Shown: one piece after another, positions 50,356 through 59,807 of the stretch
Numbering within the stretch: the first letter of the stretch is position 1
Layout: each line of letters begins with the position of its first letter
Source: an uncultured Microthrixaceae bacterium
Lineage (GTDB): Bacteria > Actinomycetota > Acidimicrobiia > Acidimicrobiales > DATDAH01
Direction: 5' to 3'
Length of the DNA stretch: 64,000 nucleotides
Assembly (NCBI GenBank): GCA_963725155.1
Contig: CAVRXU010000002.1
Span: 492,506-556,505, forward strand
Notes under the pieces: generated by a model
What the model was told of the DNA's origin: nothing
Database searches by the model: none
Seen by the model: the letters and a program-made list of their open reading frames with translations, nothing else
Translations under genes and position numbers: made by a program

Positions 50356-52373
50356 GTGAGCAGTGCGCCGATCGGGTCCAAGGACCCGCAGTTCACCAGC
50401 CCGTTCGTGGACATCGACGAGTGGCGGGACGACCCGGTTCGTCACCGGTACGTGCACGGGGGGTTCGAGGGGACCGAGACGAAGTTCTCGATGTACTTCC
50501 CGCCCGAGGAGCTCTACGAGGGGCGGTTCTTCCAGCCCCTGATGCCGATCTCGGGGTTCGAGAACGCGGCGCCGATGCTCCTCGGCGGGATGATGGGCGG
50601 GTCCATCGACTTCGCCGTCGACAGCGGCGGCTACCTCGTCGAGTCGAACCTCGGCCGCACGGTCATGTTCCCCGGGGACGACACCACCCTGGTCGGCTAC
50701 CGGGCGAGCGCCGCGGTCGCCCGCTACTCCCGGGTGCTCGCCGCGGAGATGTACGGCGAGCACCGCGCCTACGGCTACGTGTACGGAGGCAGCGGCGGCG
50801 CTTACAAGACCATTGGCTGCATCGAGAACACCGTCGACGTCTGGGACGGGGCAGTTCCCTTCGTCCACGGCTCGCCGCTGAGCCTGCCGAACCTGTTCAC
50901 GGTCCAGGCCCACGCCATCCGGATCCTGCGCGACGTGTTCCCCCAGATCGTTGACGCCGTCGAGGTGGGCGGCAGCGGCGACCCCTGGGCCGGCTTGACC
51001 GTCGAGCAGCGGGAGGCCCTGGCCGAAGTCACCCGCATGGGCTTCCCCCTCCCCGTCTGGTTCGACGTCGACCGCGTCGCCGCCGGCTACACCGGGGTGT
51101 TCTGCAGCCTGATCGACAAGGTCATCGGCTACGACCCGGACTACTTCGAGGAGTTCTGGACCGAGCCCGGGTACCTGGGGGCGGACCTCCCCGCCTCGCT
51201 GGCGGCCGCTCGCGTGCAGCACGACACCACGATCAGCCAGGTCGTGCTCCAGTCGGAGGCGGCCGACCTGGGCCTGCCGATGTCGATGTCGGCGATGTTC
51301 GGCGACAGCGAGCACGACATGCCGGCGGCGCTGCGCCTGGCCAGCCTCCCCGAGGGCAACCTCCAGGGCGCCACCCTCATCCTCATCAGCGGGGACGGGA
51401 AGGGCCACCTGCTGCACATCGCCCAGGTGATCGACGACCTGATCATGACCGGCTTCGGCGAGAACCACTTCGAGGCGCTGCGCTCGATCCAGGCGGGCGA
51501 CGAAGTGAGCGTGGACAACTCCATCTACCTCGCCTCGCAGACCTACCACCGCCACCAGGTGCCGGACATCGAGGAGTACCCGACGTTCGCCCAGTTCTGC
51601 ACCGGCGGCGAGCCCATCTACCCCCAGCGCCCCGAGATCATCGGCATGAAGTTCGCCCAGGGCGGTGGGGGATCGATCCAGTCGGGGCGCTTCGCCGGGA
51701 AGATGATCGTGGTCGAGGCCCTGATGGACGAGACCTGCTCACCCTGGCAGGCGGACTGGTACCGGTCGCGGGTGCAGGAGGCCCTCGGTGACCGCCTCGA
51801 CGACCACTACCGGCTGTGGTTCGTCGAGCACGCCATGCACACCACGCCCACCGTCTTGCCCGACGACCCCCGTCCGGTGCGGACCACGCGGGCCGTCTCC
51901 TACGCCGGGGTGCTCCAGCAGGCCCTCCGGGACCTGAGTGCGTGGGTCGAGCACGACCGCGTCCCCCGGCTTCGACCCGGTACGAGATGGTGGACGGCGA
52001 GGTCGTGGTGCCCGAGACCGCGGCCGAGCGCAAGAGCATCCAGGCGGTGGTCACCGTGGCCGCCAACGGCCGGTCCCGAGCGGAGGTCGCGGTCGGCGAG
52101 GATGTCGAGTTCACCGCCGAGGTCGAGGTGCCGGCGGGCACGGGCACCATCGTCACCGCCGAGTGGGACTTCGAGGGGGCCGGCGACTTCCCCCACCCGA
52201 CCGAGGGCCTCGACGGTTCGGCTACGCGCCTGCGGCTGGCGACCAGCTACGCCTTCAGCGAGCCGGGCACGTACTTCCCGGCGTTGCGGGTCGCCAGCCA
52301 GCGCCAGGGGGCCGTCGACTCGCCCTTCGCCCGTGTCCTGAACCTTGGCCGGGTCCGGGTGGTCGTCAGCTAG
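50356..52373 (+). pseudogene. frameshifted gene: alpha/beta-hydrolase-like protein (GGSGG) with C-terminal Ig/PKD-like beta domain
   Basis: Frame A (50356) is protein-like up to ...SAWVEHDRVP, then becomes Arg/Pro/Ser-rich junk. Frame B (stop at 52373) is protein-like from PPASTRYEMVDGEVVVPE... to the end. The switch maps to the C5 run at 51963-51967. One extra C would restore a single ORF. Confidence 0.7.
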
Positions 52374-52376
52374 ACG

Positions 52377-53312
52377 ATGGGGGACCGCGCCGCCGCCATG
52401 GCGGCCGTCGGCCTGCTGTGCCTGGCCGGCTGTAGCGGGGACAACGGGGACGACGCCGCACCCGCGGAGACCGTGGAGGCCGTGACGACGATGACCACGA
52501 CACCCCCTCCGGCGAGCAGCCGGTCCCTGGCCACCACGGTGGAGCCCGCCCCGGACCTCCCGGGCTACAACGTCTACCGGCCGAGTGACCTCGAGGCGAC
52601 CGGTGCGCCGCTCCCGGTCGTGGTCTGGGCGAACGGTGGGTGCTTCCGCCACGATGCGACCTGGCAGACCCTCCTCGAGCGGTGGGCGGCGGCGGGGTTC
52701 TTCGTGGTGGCGATCACCGAGCCACCCCCTGACGCACCGCTGACCGCGACCGATCTCACCACCGCTGACGACCAGGCGATGGCGATCGACTGGGCGGTCG
52801 CGCAGGACGCTGCGGCCAGCTCCTACGCGGGCCACCTCGACCTCGATCGGGTGGTGGCCGCGGGCAACTCCTGTGGCGGGATCACGTCGCTGGCGCTGGC
52901 CGGGCAGGACGATCGCGTGCGGGCGGTGTTCGTGCTCTCCGGCTCCAGCGTCGGGCCCGGCGCGACGAGGGAGCAGGCCGCGGCGGTCATGACCGACGTG
53001 ACGGTCCCGGTCGGCTTCGCGGTCGGGGCCTCAGAGGACCTCGCCCACCCGCAGGCGCTTCAGGACTACGAGGTGCTGCCCGCCGGCGTGCCGGGCTTCG
53101 TGGCCAGCCGGGCCTCGGGCGACCATGTCCTGATGTCGACCGACACTGGGATCCTGGCCGAGGCGGCCGAGATCGGCATCAACTGGATGGATCTGGTGCT
53201 CTACGGCAACGAGACCGCACGTCGGGCCGTGGCCGAGCGCCCCTGTGGTGCGTGTGCCGCCGACCTCTGGACCGTGGCCGCCAAGCACCTCGATGCCCTT
53301 CCGGTGGCGTAG
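52377..53312 (+). CDS. lipoprotein alpha/beta hydrolase
   Basis: Lipobox LLCLAGCSG. VVVWANGGC and nucleophile elbow AAGNSCGG (GxSxG). Confidence 0.7.
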   Translation: MGDRAAAMAAVGLLCLAGCSGDNGDDAAPAETVEAVTTMTTTPPPASSRSLATTVEPAPDLPGYNVYRPSDLEATGAPLPVVVWANGGCFRHDATWQTLLERWAAAGFFVVAITEPPPDAPLTATDLTTADDQAMAIDWAVAQDAAASSYAGHLDLDRVVAAGNSCGGITSLALAGQDDRVRAVFVLSGSSVGPGATREQAAAVMTDVTVPVGFAVGASEDLAHPQALQDYEVLPAGVPGFVASRASGDHVLMSTDTGILAEAAEIGINWMDLVLYGNETARRAVAERPCGACAADLWTVAAKHLDALPVA

Positions 53313-53315
53313 GCC

Positions 53316-54281
53316 TCAGGTCGGTCGGGCGGTGGCGAAGGCCCGGAGCTCGCGGGCGACGTCGGGCCCCGTGGGTGTGTAGATGATCTCCGCGAAGCCC
53401 ACATCGGCCAGGCGCGAGAGCTGCCGGGAGACGCGCCCGACGTCGCCGACCGTGGCCTTCAGGTCGATGTGATCGAGGAGCGGTCGGTCGCGGTCGGTCA
53501 GGTGCGTCACATGGCCCTCGAAGGTCAACAGGTGGCGTTCGCCCTCCGGGGCGAGGGCCTCGAGGGCTTCCCGCCAACCGGTGCCCCCGGGGAGGGCGTC
53601 GACCGCCTCGGCGCCGCCCGTGGCGTAAGCGTTGTGCCAGTCGGTGACCCGCCACGGTCCGATCGCCTCCCGGACTCGGTCGGACCCCGCCTCCTCCCCG
53701 TCTTCGAGCACCGTGCCGGACACGATCATGGCGGCCGGGAGCGTGGGGTGGGGCGGTCCGATGATCCCGTCCGCGATGCCATCAGCCAGGGCGATGCCGC
53801 GGGGGCCGAAGACGCTCAGCCACAACGGGACCTCGATGGGTCGTGGCTCGGCCAAGCCGTCAGCGTGGAGCATCCGGGCCGGCGCCCCGTCGACGATCGC
53901 GGTCTCACCGGCGAGGAGCCGGCGGAGCGCCGTGACGTACTCCCCGAGGACCGGCAGCCTCATGGGTCGTTGCCCCACTGCCAGGCGGGCGGTGAAGCCC
54001 GTGCCGAAGCAGGCGCGGAGGCGCCCATCGGAGAGGCGGGCGATGGTGGCGATCCCCGACGCCATGGTCATCACCGACCGTTGATCGGGGATCAGGACCG
54101 AGGTGCCGAGGCCGATGCGGCTGGTCCGTTCCGCGGCCAGAGCGAGGTGGACGAACGGGTCCTCCCACAGCGGCGACGAGTCATAGATCCACGCCCGGGC
54201 GTACCCGAGCTCCTCGGCCAGCACGACGAGGTCGGCGAAGCCAGGCCCCGGGGGCAGCCCGCAGGAGAGCTCGAAACCCAC
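53316..54281 (-). CDS. LLM-class F420/flavin-dependent oxidoreductase
   Basis: Start trimmed to GTG 54281 (VGFELSCGLPPG...). LAEELGYARAWIYDS, GLGTSVLIP, FGTGFTARL. Confidence 0.7.
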   Translation of the reverse strand: MGFELSCGLPPGPGFADLVVLAEELGYARAWIYDSSPLWEDPFVHLALAAERTSRIGLGTSVLIPDQRSVMTMASGIATIARLSDGRLRACFGTGFTARLAVGQRPMRLPVLGEYVTALRRLLAGETAIVDGAPARMLHADGLAEPRPIEVPLWLSVFGPRGIALADGIADGIIGPPHPTLPAAMIVSGTVLEDGEEAGSDRVREAIGPWRVTDWHNAYATGGAEAVDALPGGTGWREALEALAPEGERHLLTFEGHVTHLTDRDRPLLDHIDLKATVGDVGRVSRQLSRLADVGFAEIIYTPTGPDVARELRAFATARPT

Positions 54282-54444
54282 CTCGGTCAGGGGAGGGGCT
54301 CGGCGACGCGGTGGAGCTGGGCGTCGGCGCCGTCGATGACCCGGGGCTGGTGCCAGATCTCGACGCACATGGCCACCATGACGATCGAGTGCACGAGCTG
54401 GAGCAGGTGACTGGCGTCGTCCGGGAGGTCGTCGAGAGGGGATC

Positions 54445-55359
54445 TCAAGCGACCTGGCGGGCCAACCACTCCTCGACGTCCCGGCGACCCTGTCGCGCCA
54501 CGGGGGCGTCGGCGGCGATCTGGTAGCCGTGGCAGGCCCCCGGGTAGACGTGCAGCTCCGTGGGCACGCCGGCCTGGTTCAGGCGGATGGCGTAGTCGAC
54601 GTCCTCGTCGCGGAACCCGTCGACGGCGCCGACGGACACGAACGCGGGGGGCAGGCCCGACAGGTCGGTTGCCCGGGCCGGCGCCGCCGTGTACGGGATG
54701 TCGTCAGTGCCGTAGAGGTCCCCGAGGTATGACCGCCAACCGAATTCGTTCGAGCGCCGGCTCCACACCGGCAGGTCGTCCTGCCGGCTCGATGCGGTGA
54801 CCTGACGGTCGTCGAGCATCGGCGAGTCGAGGAGCTGGAAGGCGACGGGCACCTCGCCGCGGTCACGGGCCAGCAGGGCGAGCGCAGCGGCGAGCCCGGC
54901 TCCGGCGCTGAGGCCCATCACCCCGATGCGGCCCGGGTCGATGCCCAGCTCTTCGGCGTGCTCGTGGATCCAGGTCAGGCCCTGGTAACAGTCCTCCAGC
55001 GGGCCCGGGTAGGGCGTCTCCGGGGCCAGTCGGTACTCGACGGACACGCCGACGACACCGAGCTTCGGGCACAGGAGGTCGAACAGCGGGTCATCCATGG
55101 TGTTGTTGCCGATGACGTAGCCGCCGCCGTGCATCGAGTACAGCCCCGGCTGAGCGCCGTCGGCCCCTTTGGCCCGGGAGATCCGCAGCGCGACCTCGGG
55201 GTCGCCCGGCACCAGGTGCTCGGTGCGCTCGACGGCGTCGGACGCCGGCATCTCGAAGCGTTCTCGCAGGGAAGGAAGGATCGTGGCGTCGATGTGATCG
55301 AACGGGATGAGCTCGATGGCCTCGGCCACCTCGGGATGGAGCAGCTCGTGGGGGTGCAC
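54445..55359 (-). CDS. alpha/beta hydrolase fold-3 (HSL-family esterase)
   Basis: YSMHGGGYVIGN (HGGG), GVMGLSAGAGLAAALALLARD (GxSxG). Confidence 0.9.
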   Translation of the reverse strand: MHPHELLHPEVAEAIELIPFDHIDATILPSLRERFEMPASDAVERTEHLVPGDPEVALRISRAKGADGAQPGLYSMHGGGYVIGNNTMDDPLFDLLCPKLGVVGVSVEYRLAPETPYPGPLEDCYQGLTWIHEHAEELGIDPGRIGVMGLSAGAGLAAALALLARDRGEVPVAFQLLDSPMLDDRQVTASSRQDDLPVWSRRSNEFGWRSYLGDLYGTDDIPYTAAPARATDLSGLPPAFVSVGAVDGFRDEDVDYAIRLNQAGVPTELHVYPGACHGYQIAADAPVARQGRRDVEEWLARQVA

Positions 55360-55400
55360 CGCAGGAGAGTAGGACAGCGGACGAGCCCGTCCTTCCGCAG

Positions 55401-55952
55401 ATGTGTGAATGTGAAGGCCGTGCGCGTCGGGTTCATCGCATCCGTCTCGCCGGCGAGGTCGGGAAGCGGGGGATCGACCTGGTCGACGCCCCTGTCAGCG
55501 GCGGAGGACCGGCCGCGGCCGAGCGTCGGCTGCTCGTCATGGTCGGTGGCCCGGACGACGCGGTGGCCAGGTGTCGCCCCGTCTTCGAGGCCTTCGGCGA
55601 CCCGATCCTCCACCTCGGTGGGGTCGGTCGTGGGCAGCTGGCGAAGGTCCTGAACAACCTCGTCTTCACCGCCCAGGTGGCGGTGGCTCTCGACACGTTC
55701 GCCGTCGCCGACGGCTTGGGCCTCGACCGGGGTGCGCTGGCGGAGGTGCTGGCCAGCGGCAGCGGGGGCAGTCGGGCGGCCGCGCTGATGGCCCAAATGG
55801 ACTTCGACACCAGCGGGATGGCCCAGGCCGTCCCTCTCCTGCGCAAGGACGTCGACATCGTGCGCGAGTTGGCCGCCGCCGCGGGGGTTCCGGCGCCGGT
55901 ACTGCTCGATGACCTGGCCGAGGACGCCCTCCGCCGGTTGGCGCAGTCGTGA
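55401..55952 (+). pseudogene. truncated 3-hydroxyisobutyrate/6-phosphogluconate dehydrogenase-like remnant (Rossmann domain missing)
   Basis: The ORF covers only the part equivalent to residues after about aa 100 of the intact paralog 62015-62875 (IDLVDAPVSGG...GRGQLAKVLNNLV...). A fragment VRVGFIA resembling the N-terminus lies in another frame at about 55420-55440. Only 40 nt separate it from the neighbouring gene. Confidence 0.6.
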
Positions 55953-55961
55953 CCGGCGGAC

Positions 55962-55988
55962 GAGGGGTCGGGCGCCGCCCGACCCCTC
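55962..55988. terminator. bidirectional GC-rich stem-loop between convergent genes
   Basis: GAGGGGTCGGG-cgccg-CCCGACCCCTC, an 11-bp perfect stem, between stops at 55952 (+) and 56003 (-). Confidence 0.6.
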
Positions 55989-56002
55989 GCCGCGACGGCC
56001 TG

Positions 56003-57319
56003 CTAGCCCTCGATCAGCGCGTAGTTCTGCGCGTCGGGGTCCCACTCGAAGAGGTAGGCCTGCGGGTTGCCGTCGGCCGCCGGCGGGGGGCCGAAGGTGA
56101 GGGTGGCGGGATCGCCGGAGACGTGCACTTCGAGCCCGTCAGCGGCCGCCTCCAGGGTCCCGTAGTTCAGGTCCTCGCCGGCGGCCTCCAGCCAGGCCCG
56201 GGTCAGGTCGACGTCGGGACAGGCCTGGAACGCGGCCTGGTAGGGCTGGTTCGAGGGGTCGTCGGTGCCGATGTCCTCGGGTGACGGCGTCTCCAGACCG
56301 GCGTCGGTGAGGGTCTGGATGCACTCCTGCATGGCCTCCTCGTCGAACCGGGCTTGGTCCGGCCCGTAGCTGCCGCCGGCGATCGAACCGTCGAGGACCG
56401 ACGTGTCGGTCGTCGCCTCGTTGGTGTAGAAGGCGCGGGGGGCGACGAAGTCGAGGAACAGGAGCTTCGGCCGGTAGTCGGTGTTGTCACCCATGTAGGT
56501 CGGCCAGTCCTGGCCGCTGGCGCCCACGATCACGATCGTGTCGGCGTCGGCCGCTTGGAACCGCTCGCCGATCGTCTGGACGTTGCTGAGCATCGCCGCC
56601 TGGTCGTCGGGGGGCGCGTCCACGATCCCGGTCTCCACCGGCTCGACGCCCGCCTCCTCGAGCGCGGGGAGGACGGTGCCTTCGAGGAGATCCTGATCCC
56701 TGGAGTTGGAGAACACGGCGACGCTCCCGTCGAGCTCACCCTGCTCCGAGAGGGCTTCGATGATCGCCGCCGGCTGCTCGGTGTCCGGGGCCCAGGTGAG
56801 CCAGGGGGCCGTTGCCTGCTCGAGCCGCTCCGGCGTCATGCTGCCGCCGACCACCGCGGTCGAGTGCGTGCCCACCACGCAGGTGACGGAGTCGGTGAGG
56901 AAGAACCCGGTGACGAGGAAGACGTCGTCGTCCTCGGTCAGCTGGACACACTTCTCCTCGGCCGGCGCCGGGCTGGTGGGGTCGATCGGGGCGAAGACGG
57001 GCTCGATCTGGCGGCCGTTGATGCCGCCGTCCTCGTTGATGGCGTCGAACAGGGCCGTGTAGACGGCCTCATGGTCACCGAGGTCGTAGTTGAGGCCGGA
57101 GGCCACGAGCGCTTCGGTGTCGACATAGGTGACGCCGACCTTGATGGTGTCGTCGGTGACCCCGGGCGCCGGACCGGTCGCCGACGGCGTGGTCCCGGCC
57201 GTGCTCGTGTCGGACCCACTCGACTCGGTGGACGTGTCGTCGCCGGACGTGCAGGCGGCGGCCAGCAACACCGCAGCGAGGAAGAGCAGGCCGCGCCTCC
57301 GAAGTCGATTCAACCCCAT
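56003..57319 (-). CDS. ABC-type substrate-binding lipoprotein (Leu/Ile/Val-binding-protein-like family), copy 1
   Basis: Start trimmed to MGLNRLRRRGLLFLAAVLLAAACTSG (lipobox, ATG 57319). VGVTYVDTEAL...LGDHEAVYTALFDAINEDGGINGRQIEPVF. No permease or ATPase gene nearby. Confidence 0.8.
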   Translation of the reverse strand: MGLNRLRRRGLLFLAAVLLAAACTSGDDTSTESSGSDTSTAGTTPSATGPAPGVTDDTIKVGVTYVDTEALVASGLNYDLGDHEAVYTALFDAINEDGGINGRQIEPVFAPIDPTSPAPAEEKCVQLTEDDDVFLVTGFFLTDSVTCVVGTHSTAVVGGSMTPERLEQATAPWLTWAPDTEQPAAIIEALSEQGELDGSVAVFSNSRDQDLLEGTVLPALEEAGVEPVETGIVDAPPDDQAAMLSNVQTIGERFQAADADTIVIVGASGQDWPTYMGDNTDYRPKLLFLDFVAPRAFYTNEATTDTSVLDGSIAGGSYGPDQARFDEEAMQECIQTLTDAGLETPSPEDIGTDDPSNQPYQAAFQACPDVDLTRAWLEAAGEDLNYGTLEAAADGLEVHVSGDPATLTFGPPPAADGNPQAYLFEWDPDAQNYALIEG

Positions 57320-57431
57320 CAGGTTCCCCCTCGGTGTGGTCACGCCCTCGCGGGTGGCGGGCGTAACGACCATTGTCAATGAATGAGAACAGTATTCTGC
57401 ATCGGCCGCGACGTAAAGGCGCCCCTCGCCG

Positions 57432-58412
57432 TCATGGGGCCAGGCGCCACTGCGCGTCCACGAACCGGCGGATCTCCTGCTCGAGCTGGCGATCCTCCGG
57501 CGCCATGCCGAAGAAGCCACCGTGGCCCCCCGCCTCGGTCACGTGGAGGTCGGCGGGGATGCCCGCGACGCGCAGGGCCCGGTGCATGCGCACGGTGTCG
57601 GAGAGGAGCATGTCCCGCGTACCCGTCGTGAGGATGGTGGGTGGGAAGCCCTTGGTGAAGTCGCCGAACAGCGGGGAGACGTACGGATCTCTGAGGTCGT
57701 GGCCGGCCGCGTACATCCCGAACGCCGGGCTGCCGCTCGTGGTGATGAGGGGGTCGAGCCCGAGATTGGTCTGCAACGAATCGCCCGACGCGGTCAGGTC
57801 GACCCCCGGGGTCATGAGCACCGCGGCGGCGGGCATCGGGAGACCTTCGTCCCGGGCCCGGAGGACGAGGGCGGCGGCGAGGTTCCCGCCCGCCGAAGCC
57901 CCGCCGACGATGATCTGCTCCGGCTGGTGGTCCGCCAACAGTGCCTGGTACACGGTCAGGCAGTCGTCGAGGCCGGCGGGGAAGGGGTGATCGGGCGGCA
58001 TGCGGTAGTCGACCGCCCACACCCGGGCACCGACGCGGGTGGCCGTGCCGATCGCCATCGCCCGGCAGCAGTCGCCGGCGCCGAAGATGAACTCACCGCC
58101 GTGGATGTCCAAGTAGACGCGCCGGTCGCCCTGGTCGAGGTCGGCGGGTGCGATGTCATAGACGCGGACGCCGCCGACGTCCCGCTCCTCGGTCGTCACC
58201 GGAGCGTCCGCGGTCCGCTCGGCCATCAGCGCGGCGATCGACTCGTCGTGATCGGCGATCATCGTCCGCCACCCGTCGAGGTCGTCGAGCGGGGGACGCT
58301 CGGGCACCGGCAGCGCCGGCATCGCCAGCACCGCCTGGGCCTCGGCGCTCACCGAGGTGGGGACAGGGATGTCGCGAGCCGCCAGGTGCAGGGTCGGTGC
58401 CGGCTCGCTCAC
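57432..58412 (-). CDS. alpha/beta hydrolase fold-3 (HSL-family esterase)
   Basis: LDIHGGEFIFG (HGG), IIVGGASAGGNLAAALVLRARDEGLP (GxSxG). Confidence 0.9.
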   Translation of the reverse strand: MSEPAPTLHLAARDIPVPTSVSAEAQAVLAMPALPVPERPPLDDLDGWRTMIADHDESIAALMAERTADAPVTTEERDVGGVRVYDIAPADLDQGDRRVYLDIHGGEFIFGAGDCCRAMAIGTATRVGARVWAVDYRMPPDHPFPAGLDDCLTVYQALLADHQPEQIIVGGASAGGNLAAALVLRARDEGLPMPAAAVLMTPGVDLTASGDSLQTNLGLDPLITTSGSPAFGMYAAGHDLRDPYVSPLFGDFTKGFPPTILTTGTRDMLLSDTVRMHRALRVAGIPADLHVTEAGGHGGFFGMAPEDRQLEQEIRRFVDAQWRLAP

Positions 58413-58419
58413 CGTCGGC

Positions 58420-59739
58420 TCAGCCCTCCTGGATGACGACGTCCTGGGCGTCCTCGTCCCAGGTGTAGAGGTAGGCCGTCGGGTTGCCGTCGGCGTCCGG
58501 CGGCGAGCCGTAGGTCCGGGCCTCCGGGTCGCCGGGGATGCTCACCTCGAGCCCGTTGATGGCGTTGGTCAGCGTGCCGTAGTTGAGGTCCTCGCCCGCG
58601 GCCTCCAGCCAGGCGCGCAGGAGGGCCACGTCGGGGCAGGCCTGGAAGGCGGCCTGGTAGGGCTGGTTCGACGGGTCGTCGCCGGACTCCTCCGGCGTCG
58701 GCGTCTCCACGCCCTGGTCGGCCAGCGTCTGGATGCACTCCTGCATGGCGGGCTCGTCGAACCGAGCCTGGTCGGGGCCGTAGCCACCGCCCATCACCGC
58801 GCCCTCCAGGACCGTGGTGTCGGTGGTGGCGGCGTTCGTGTAGAACGCGCGGGCACCGAGGATGTCGAGGAACAGCAGCTTCGGCCGGTACGAGGTGTCC
58901 TCGGCCATGATCGTCGGCCAGCCCTGGGCGCTGGTGCCGATGAGCACGACGGTGTCGACCCCGGCGGCTTCGAAGTTCTGGGCGATCGTCGTCTGCTCGG
59001 CCTGTTGGGCAGCCTGGTCGTCCGCCGGGGCCACGGCGGTGGCGGTGGCGGCCACTTCGACCCCGAGCTCATCGAGGAGCGGCTGGACCTGATCGTCAAG
59101 GACGGCTTGGTCCCGCTCGGCCACCCAGACGCCGACCGTCCCGTCGAGCTCGCCCTGCTCGTCCATGGCGCGGAGGACGGCCTCCGGCTGGTCGGTGTCC
59201 GGCGTCCAGGTGATCCAGGGGGCCTCGGCCCCCTCGATGCGTTCGGGGGTCATCTCCCCGCCAGCCACGGCCGTGGCGTGCGTGCTGACGACGCAGTTCA
59301 CGGCGTCGGCCAGGAAGAACCCGGTCACGACGAAGACGTCCTCGTCCTCGGTCAACTCCACGCACTTGGCTTCGGCCGGTGCGGCGCTGGTCGGGTCGAT
59401 GGGGGCGAAGACCGGCTCGATCTGGCGACCGTTGATTCCTCCGTCCTCGTTGATGGCGTCGAACAGCGCCGTGTACACGGCCTCGTGGTCGCCGAGGTCG
59501 TAGTTCAGCCCCGACGCCACCAGCGCCTCGGTGTCCACGAACGTCACGCCGACCTTGATCGAGTCGTCGGTGACGCCGGGCGCGGGACCGGTGGCGGCAA
59601 CGGTCGTCTCGGTCGAGGACCCACCCCCGCCGGTCGTGGTGTCACTGCTCGAGCTGTCGTCGCCCGAGGTGCACGCGGCCGCCAACGTCATCGCCAGGAG
59701 CGCGGCGAGCGCCCCTTTCACGAATCGCTTCCACCCCAT
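58420..59739 (-). CDS. ABC-type substrate-binding lipoprotein, copy 2 (paralog of 56003-57319)
   Basis: MGWKRFVKGALAALLAMTLAAACTSG lipobox. Long identical stretches with copy 1 (LNYDLGDHEAVYTALFDAINEDGGINGRQIEPVFAPIDPTS). Confidence 0.85.
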   Translation of the reverse strand: MGWKRFVKGALAALLAMTLAAACTSGDDSSSSDTTTGGGGSSTETTVAATGPAPGVTDDSIKVGVTFVDTEALVASGLNYDLGDHEAVYTALFDAINEDGGINGRQIEPVFAPIDPTSAAPAEAKCVELTEDEDVFVVTGFFLADAVNCVVSTHATAVAGGEMTPERIEGAEAPWITWTPDTDQPEAVLRAMDEQGELDGTVGVWVAERDQAVLDDQVQPLLDELGVEVAATATAVAPADDQAAQQAEQTTIAQNFEAAGVDTVVLIGTSAQGWPTIMAEDTSYRPKLLFLDILGARAFYTNAATTDTTVLEGAVMGGGYGPDQARFDEPAMQECIQTLADQGVETPTPEESGDDPSNQPYQAAFQACPDVALLRAWLEAAGEDLNYGTLTNAINGLEVSIPGDPEARTYGSPPDADGNPTAYLYTWDEDAQDVVIQEG

Positions 59740-59807
59740 CGCTGTCTCCCTGGTGTCGATTTGTACCGACCGGTCGGATGAACCCTAGACGCTCCGACGG
59801 AGCCGGG

